Positions 57,906-64,000 of a stretch of DNA of 64,000 nucleotides are shown in pieces; position 1 is the stretch's first letter; each line of letters begins with the position of its first letter. This DNA comes from Myxococcota bacterium. Its GTDB lineage: Bacteria > Myxococcota_A > SURF-8 > G963663525. The notes beneath the pieces are model-generated. The model did not search any database. It was given only the letters and a program-made list of their open reading frames with translations, and had not been told where the DNA came from. The DNA lies in the NCBI GenBank assembly GCA_963676915.2, contig CAXXVK010000011.1, positions 1 to 64,000 on the forward strand, in the 5' to 3' direction. Both the position numbers and the translations under genes were made by a program.

Positions 57906-60212
57906 TTAGTGTTGATTCTGGACCGAAACAGAGCGGTTTCGTACGAGCAAGATCAGTCCCAGCGTGATAACGACGGCGAGCAGCCATGCAGCACGGAACC
58001 CCTGACTCAGCGCAATCGATGTCGCGCCCAACGACCCTAAAACGGAAGCCACGCCGTTCAAACCCCAGAAAAAGGGAATCGCTTCTCCCAACTGTTTTTC
58101 GGCACGTCGCAGGCCAAGAGGCATCGGCATTCCCAGCAGGAAGGATAGCGGGAACAGCAATACGAAAACGATCGTCATTTTCAGAGCGGGATCAAGGGGC
58201 ATCAAGGCTCGGTAAACAGGTCCGAGGCCGAATGCATATAAAAGCCCCAGGCCGGAAATCGCCGCGAAAATCCACTGAAGTTTTTCAAACAGGTTTTGCT
58301 TCAGACGCCGTGAGAAAAAGCTTCCCGTTCCGGCACCGACCAGCATGGTAAACAGAACCACCGACAAAGAAAGCGTGGGGTAGCCTAAAAACAGAATGGA
58401 TTTCTGCATTACGGCGATTTGAATCAATGTGAAATTGATCCCGATCAGTAGAAAATAGGCGAGCATCGTGCCGAGTTCTTCTTTGGCTACGCCGGGCACC
58501 AGACGGCGGCGAAATCCGTAAAGAAACAGGCCACATAGCAAGGCTGCGGCAAATACAGCCAAGGTCGCCAGATGGATGGTTTTGGTCAGATCGTAGTTGT
58601 ATCGGAAGAAAAACGGTTTGTCGTCCGTGCACGGACTCAAGTCGATGTTCGACAAGACGAGCGAGGACGGTGATTTCGCGATTTTGAGCAATTGCGGATC
58701 GGTTACGACACCATGGAGATGCAAAGGTCGTCCCTGCCGGAGTTTCGCTTGATACTCAAGCGTTTTGGCAACGGCTATGGGTGGAGGATCCTTGAACAGC
58801 ATCGTCACGAATATTCCGGGGCCGTCGTCTCCTTTGATGAAAAACGAAGAGACGTGCTTTAGCGCTTCGTCTGCGGACATTCCTTTGGATCGAAGCATCT
58901 CGATCAAGGTGGAAAGATATTTGTAGAGCAGCGTATCGAGATGGGTGACCATCACCATACGCCCGCCCGGCTTCAGGTGGTCGAAATAGGTACCTGCCGC
59001 TTCGACCGTGTACAGGTAGTCCTCGACGAAAGCCAGGTCTTTGAAATCGCCGGTGATACTTTGAACGAAAAACAGATAAATCACATCCCAGGATTCGTTT
59101 TTCGCTCGTGTCACGAAGCTGCGGCCATCTTCCACATGGAGGTTGACACGGTCGAACTGCAATACGCCGCCATTGAAATCGCGGTCCGCCAGACTGGCGC
59201 GGACGACACCGGGATTGATCTCGACGGCATCGATGTTCTTTGCGTTTCCCAGCAGAGACAGCCAGATATCCTTTCCGGCCCCGGAACCGATGCAACAGAC
59301 GTCTTCAGCCGATCCGACCGTAAACGCAAGATAGCCCGGTTCGTTTCTCAACAGGGAAAGTTCATCGATGTTACCGGAAAATCGGGTGACATTCGTCGGC
59401 GTAGCGCCATTGATGAAGATATGTTTGAATGGAGGGTTGGCCGCCTGATAGTGGATGACATCCACACGAGAAAACTCGTCCCAGTAGCTTAAATCTTCCT
59501 CCCATTTAGGTTGCAATCCCTCGGCACGCACTTGTTTCATGTAACCATTGAGATTCTTGAACCGGGTTACGTCGAGATCGAACAGCGTCGTGGTATAACT
59601 AAGCGTAACGACAACAATTCCCAGAACTGTAACGGTAGCGCTTGCCAAAGCCCACCGGGTAAGGCGGCGACCTTCTTCTGGAAACAAAAACGCCGATAAC
59701 GTTGCCAGAATCGAGGTGGCCAGTACGGTTCGAATGCCTCCATCCAGATAACGTAAAAACAGGAGTACCACGAGGCAGCCCATGGCGGCTCCGAGAAGAT
59801 CGAACGCATAAAGCGGCGAGGCTAGAGAAGCATGACTTCGGAACAGGTGGCTTAAAACGATTCCGGCGAGGAAAAACGGTGCCAGCATGACGAGAAGAAA
59901 AGGCAGCCAGTACTGGGTGATATCGGTTTGGATCAGTAGAAAAATGTATAAAATCAACGAGATAGGAAACAACACTGTTGCCCATCGGACAACGAGCAAG
60001 CTTTTTGCCCATGGGCGCTGGATTCGTCGAACCAGAAAGAGGGCGAACCCGCCGGCACCCAGCCCGAAGATCGTCAGCGAGACGGCCAGAAAAGCCATAT
60101 GATAGCCGGTCGTGGCGGCGAGAATTCTTGATAACCCGACCTCGTAGGCGAGAACGGACATCGAAAGCAGATAAATCGTGATGTAGAGGCGCAGGCGATA
60201 GGAAGTATTCAT
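57906..60212 (-). CDS. Membrane protein with central spermidine-synthase-like SAM-binding domain
   Basis: N- and C-terminal TM bundles; IGSGAGKD, AVEINP, EDGRSF, YLYTVEA, HLKPGG, TDDKPFF. Confidence 0.85.
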   Translation of the reverse strand: MNTSYRLRLYITIYLLSMSVLAYEVGLSRILAATTGYHMAFLAVSLTIFGLGAGGFALFLVRRIQRPWAKSLLVVRWATVLFPISLILYIFLLIQTDITQYWLPFLLVMLAPFFLAGIVLSHLFRSHASLASPLYAFDLLGAAMGCLVVLLFLRYLDGGIRTVLATSILATLSAFLFPEEGRRLTRWALASATVTVLGIVVVTLSYTTTLFDLDVTRFKNLNGYMKQVRAEGLQPKWEEDLSYWDEFSRVDVIHYQAANPPFKHIFINGATPTNVTRFSGNIDELSLLRNEPGYLAFTVGSAEDVCCIGSGAGKDIWLSLLGNAKNIDAVEINPGVVRASLADRDFNGGVLQFDRVNLHVEDGRSFVTRAKNESWDVIYLFFVQSITGDFKDLAFVEDYLYTVEAAGTYFDHLKPGGRMVMVTHLDTLLYKYLSTLIEMLRSKGMSADEALKHVSSFFIKGDDGPGIFVTMLFKDPPPIAVAKTLEYQAKLRQGRPLHLHGVVTDPQLLKIAKSPSSLVLSNIDLSPCTDDKPFFFRYNYDLTKTIHLATLAVFAAALLCGLFLYGFRRRLVPGVAKEELGTMLAYFLLIGINFTLIQIAVMQKSILFLGYPTLSLSVVLFTMLVGAGTGSFFSRRLKQNLFEKLQWIFAAISGLGLLYAFGLGPVYRALMPLDPALKMTIVFVLLFPLSFLLGMPMPLGLRRAEKQLGEAIPFFWGLNGVASVLGSLGATSIALSQGFRAAWLLAVVITLGLILLVRNRSVSVQNQH

Positions 60213-60373
60213 GGCAGATCAGTCGTTTTCACGGTCAGGGTCGGTGTTTTCAGTCGGTCGGACGACTCGATCTGAAAATCCCAGAAACTTTCTCCCGTCA
60301 TCATCATGACGGCAATCCATGCTGCGACCAGCAGAGCTATAGCGCCGGTGATACATTTGCTTTCCAGATCCAA
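60209..60373 (-). CDS. Unannotated 54-aa single-TM peptide
   Basis: RBS GGGGAG, TTG start, MDLESKCITGAIALLVAAWIAVMMMTGESFWDFQIESSDRLKTPTLTVKTTDLP; stop overlaps the next start (ATGA). Confidence 0.55.
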   Translation of the reverse strand: MDLESKCITGAIALLVAAWIAVMMMTGESFWDFQIESSDRLKTPTLTVKTTDLP

Positions 60374-60612
60374 GTTTTTTTCTCCCCTGGTTTTATTTTC
60401 TTATCAATGAAGCATGTATGTAAGTGCCAAGTGATAGAAATTCCAGTGTTTTTTTCGAAGAACGATTCGTTGGAACAGTTTCGTTCGATACTAAAACCAC
60501 ATGAGGAATTTATCTGAAAACGGCGTGGAAAATCCTCGGAAGAAAACCCACCCTTAGTATAATAAATAGCTTTGAACATCGAGGCTGTCAACACAAGATC
60601 CGTGGATCGCAT

Positions 60613-62433
60613 TTAACTGGATAGCAGTTCCCTCAATTCCGGTTCGATTTCCCGAAAAGCCAATTCGATTTCGGGAAGTCGTTCGGGATTGTGCAGATAC
60701 AACCCCATCCAGGGATTGCGCAGAAACGTGGGGCCGTCATAGTCGGGCAAGACGAAGAACGTGACGATTCGTTCCTCTTTGCGAGTCCATTCCACACGAA
60801 TTCGATACTCGGAGCTTTTGGAAATCTCGGAAAAGTGAAAACCATTCGAAAACGCTTTTCGACCGGAAAACAAAGGACCAAGCGCTTTGATCAGTTGTCC
60901 GAAAAGACGAAAACGCTGTTTTTCCTTTTGCAGATCACGTTCCAGGATTTCCTTGAAGCGGCGAATCGCATCGAAACTTGTTTGAGACTCCGGGCGGTCC
61001 TGCAATTCGATATCGTTCTTTGGAGACATTTCCTTTGTTTCCTGAATCGTCGATTTATTGGATTCTTGGCAAAGTCCCTCTATCGTTTCAAGACCTTCGA
61101 GAATGTCCTGCTTTGTCAGATGTTTCGTACTGTAGTTTACACGTTGCGACTGCTGACGGTGTTCTTCGATGAAATCCTCCATCGTGTGCAGGTCCAATTC
61201 GACACTGTAACGTTCCGGAAAAAGGAACACTGGGGAGCAAGGATCGAGGTACATTGGCATGGCGCGACATTCGGCACCTTTTTCCCGGCATCGTTGCACC
61301 AGGTCGAGGGTCAGCGGCAGGTCATCGCGGGTTTCGAAGGGCAGTCCGTAGGAAAAAAACAAGCTTGTAGCGATTTCGTGACCGTGAATTCGCTCCAGAG
61401 CGTCCAGCAATTCATTGTTTGTGAAAGAAAACCCTTTGTTCTTTTTTCTCACTGTTTCAGAACCGCATTCCGGCGAGAGAATGATCATGGAATCCGAGGT
61501 GAACGTGGAAGCGAAACTTGCAAGAAAGCGGTCGGTAGGGAGATCCCATGCCTCGAAAATCATTCGGAATTTCATGCCTTCCGAACGAAGTTTGTCGAAA
61601 AGTTCCGCGTAATAGTCGCTTTGAGGGGCGGGATCGTAACAAAGACGCAACGAACCGATACCGTGATTCCATAAGGTTTGCAGGTCTTTTACGACTTTTT
61701 CGTGATCGAACAGAAAATAGGAGCTTCGGTCGAAATACCGTTTGTGAGCCAGACTTCCGCCTCCACAGACCGAACATGCCACCGGGCATCCACGGCCTGG
61801 AGTGTAGTAAAAGCATCGATGCAGATCGTAGATTTCTTCGTCGAAAAACAGGTATTTGTCGAAATAGTCCTCGGCATTTTCCAAAAGATCGATTCGGGCG
61901 TGGTTGACCTTCGAAAGGTTTTTTGTCGATCCGCAATAACCCATTGGATTGATTTGTACCGATCCGTTGTTTCTCCAACACAGATTCGGAATCGAATCGA
62001 ACGATCCTTTGTCTCGGCAGACACTTTGTGCCAATTGAACGAGAGGTTCCTCGCCATCGCCACGAATCACGGCGTCGATAAACGAAAATTTGTCGAGCAA
62101 TTCCTTGTAAAAAACACTGGCGGTGAACCCTCCCAACACGATCGTGCATTCGGGGAGAACCTCTCGCACCTGCCGGGCGACTTCCAGAACGTCCGCTATC
62201 TGGTAGTGCCAGTGCAGGGAGAATCCGACGAGTTTGGGGGTATGCGTCTGAAGGTAGGTTTTTAGTCGAAAATCGCGATCATGCAGCGTTTTCAGTCCGA
62301 AATGGAGGATTTTCGTAGAGATTCCCGCTTTGTCCAGCACGTCCGCCAACGAAAAAATCCCTGAAGGCAGAATATAGATAGCCTGTTGGTCCTTCGGGTG
62401 CATTTTCGGGATGTGTAGTAGCAAAGTCTCCAC
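60613..62433 (-). CDS. Cobalamin-binding radical SAM protein
   Basis: B12-domain motifs VGFSLHW, VLGGFTAS, RGDGE; RGCPVACSVC (CxxxCxxC); SPECGSE; GLPFET. Confidence 0.9.
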   Translation of the reverse strand: METLLLHIPKMHPKDQQAIYILPSGIFSLADVLDKAGISTKILHFGLKTLHDRDFRLKTYLQTHTPKLVGFSLHWHYQIADVLEVARQVREVLPECTIVLGGFTASVFYKELLDKFSFIDAVIRGDGEEPLVQLAQSVCRDKGSFDSIPNLCWRNNGSVQINPMGYCGSTKNLSKVNHARIDLLENAEDYFDKYLFFDEEIYDLHRCFYYTPGRGCPVACSVCGGGSLAHKRYFDRSSYFLFDHEKVVKDLQTLWNHGIGSLRLCYDPAPQSDYYAELFDKLRSEGMKFRMIFEAWDLPTDRFLASFASTFTSDSMIILSPECGSETVRKKNKGFSFTNNELLDALERIHGHEIATSLFFSYGLPFETRDDLPLTLDLVQRCREKGAECRAMPMYLDPCSPVFLFPERYSVELDLHTMEDFIEEHRQQSQRVNYSTKHLTKQDILEGLETIEGLCQESNKSTIQETKEMSPKNDIELQDRPESQTSFDAIRRFKEILERDLQKEKQRFRLFGQLIKALGPLFSGRKAFSNGFHFSEISKSSEYRIRVEWTRKEERIVTFFVLPDYDGPTFLRNPWMGLYLHNPERLPEIELAFREIEPELRELLSS

Positions 62434-62891
62434 GATTCATCCTCGCCCAAGAGTCTTTCTGAAAAAGCTTTGCTTGGCTTTTGGTACTATAAAACACTTT
62501 TTACCATAACTTATCGCGATTTTTTATGATTGAGTCGGGCTTGTCAAGCTTCGGGATATTGCGTTTCGGGCTTGAATCTGTCATGACGTTTTTGTTTATA
62601 TAAATAGAGCACCCTTGTACCGACTTTAGCCCGAAACATTCATGAGAATCGTAGCGAGACGCCGAAAACCGAAGATCTTTCACGACGTTGGAACGATTTT
62701 CACCCGCAGGCATACTCAACAGTTTGTCGAGGATGAAAATCGGGAAACGAGTGAAAGATCGAGTATTTTCAAGTCGTAGGTGATTCTTCATGAATGATCC
62801 GGGTCAGGTGTCCGGGACTTTTTCTTGGCGAAAGCCGGGCTTTCCATTACAATCGGAGCCAGCCTTTGCAAAAAGGCGGGAAGGACTCGCC

Positions 62892-63992
62892 ATGTCTATC
62901 TGGTGCATCGTTAGCGTACGGCCGAATTTTATCAAGTTCGCGCCGCTCGTGAAGGAGCTTGAGCAGCGCGGTCACGCGCCGAAAATCGTGAATACCGGCC
63001 AGCATTACGACGACCGGATGAGCAGTATTTTTTTCGAGGAACTCGAAATCCGTAATCCGGATGCCAATCTGGGGGTCGGGTCCGGCTCCCATGCCGTGCA
63101 GACCGCCGAAATCATGCTCGGTCTGGATGAAGAGTTCCGTAACGACCGCCCGGACCTCGTGGTTGTCCTGGGGGCGGATAACTCCAGCCTTGCCGGATCG
63201 CTGACCGCTGCGAAACTCGGCATTCCGGTGGCACACATCGACGCCGGATTATGTAGCGAATCCCTGCATACGGCGCAAATCATCAACCGAAAGCTGATCG
63301 ATTCGTTGTCTACGCTCCATTTCGTGCATTCCGAGGATGCGCGCAAAGTGCTGTTGAACGAACAGATCGACGAAGAAAACATCCATTTCGTAGGCAACTT
63401 GTTGATCGATGTGCTCAAGGGCTACGAGGTGTCGATTCGTTCCTGTCCGGTTCTCGAAGAGATGGAATTCAAACCCGGTGGATACGGCTTGGTGACCATG
63501 CATCTGCCTCACAACGTCGATAAAGAGGAAGTGCTGATCGACCTGCTCGAAACTTTCCGGGAACTGGCTGGACGCTTGCCGTTAATCTACCCGGTACATC
63601 CCCGCACGCGCAACATGCTGCATCGCTTCGGATTATGGGAAGAGTTGGAAAGCATCGAAGGCATGACCCCGACCGAGCCTTTAGGATATTTTTCGTTCCA
63701 AGCTCTGCTAAGTCAGGCCAAAATGGTGTTAACCGATTCGGGTGGTGTGCAGGAAGAGGCAACCATCTGGGGCGTTCCCTGCTTGACGCTGGCCGGAGAA
63801 ACCTCCAGTCGGGTGACGGTCCGGCAGGGCACGAACTCGCTGGTAGGCAATCAAAAAGTTGCAATTCTGCACCACGCGGAAAAAGTGCTTCGTGGCGAGG
63901 GGAAAAAGGCTAATATTCCCGAGTTATGGGATGGCCATGCCGCTCCGCGCATTGTTGACGTGCTGTTGAATATCCTGGAAGAACGGGACTGA
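62892..63992 (+). CDS. wecB: UDP-GlcNAc 2-epimerase (WecB) homologue with altered catalytic residues
   Basis: RPNFIK, TGQHYD, GSGSHAVQTA, PVHPRT, TDSGGVQEEA, WDGHAA. Confidence 0.8.
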   Translation: MSIWCIVSVRPNFIKFAPLVKELEQRGHAPKIVNTGQHYDDRMSSIFFEELEIRNPDANLGVGSGSHAVQTAEIMLGLDEEFRNDRPDLVVVLGADNSSLAGSLTAAKLGIPVAHIDAGLCSESLHTAQIINRKLIDSLSTLHFVHSEDARKVLLNEQIDEENIHFVGNLLIDVLKGYEVSIRSCPVLEEMEFKPGGYGLVTMHLPHNVDKEEVLIDLLETFRELAGRLPLIYPVHPRTRNMLHRFGLWEELESIEGMTPTEPLGYFSFQALLSQAKMVLTDSGGVQEEATIWGVPCLTLAGETSSRVTVRQGTNSLVGNQKVAILHHAEKVLRGEGKKANIPELWDGHAAPRIVDVLLNILEERD

Positions 63993-64000
63993 TCCCGTCA

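Noticed and set aside
60411-60430. sigma54 promoter upstream of the 54-aa ORF
   Set aside because: TTGGCAC is present but there is no TTGC at the required -12 spacing.

Overview
Chromosomal window from a bacterium with deltaproteobacterial/Myxococcota-like gene content (inferred from gene families, not from a marker gene). Housekeeping genes: a truncated ABC-F ATPase, tRNA-Met, cpoB, ppdK, rplS-rnhB, degP, nadA and lolA. The main accessory feature is a two-gene operon (13066-27084). It encodes a Cys-rich putative lipoprotein and a 4112-aa secreted fibre-like protein with 34 copies of a 38-aa repeat, 6.5 copies of a 129/130-aa Cys repeat, a 15-residue beta-spiral-like segment and three tailspike-like modules; it has no recognisable C-terminal anchor. 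Other notable items: an archaeal-type GatD with no gatE in the window; two copies of a 202-bp MITE with 9-bp target duplications that each carry an internal GTAG-REP doublet; a separate family of free GTAG-REPs; a sigma54-controlled kinase/regulator + QmoA/QmoB-like + HdrD-like + PocR redox cluster; intact thiolase, crotonase and WecB homologues with altered catalytic motifs; and a B12 radical-SAM gene next to an unannotated 54-aa membrane peptide coupled to a membrane methyltransferase. All family assignments come from motif recognition by eye; no searches were run.
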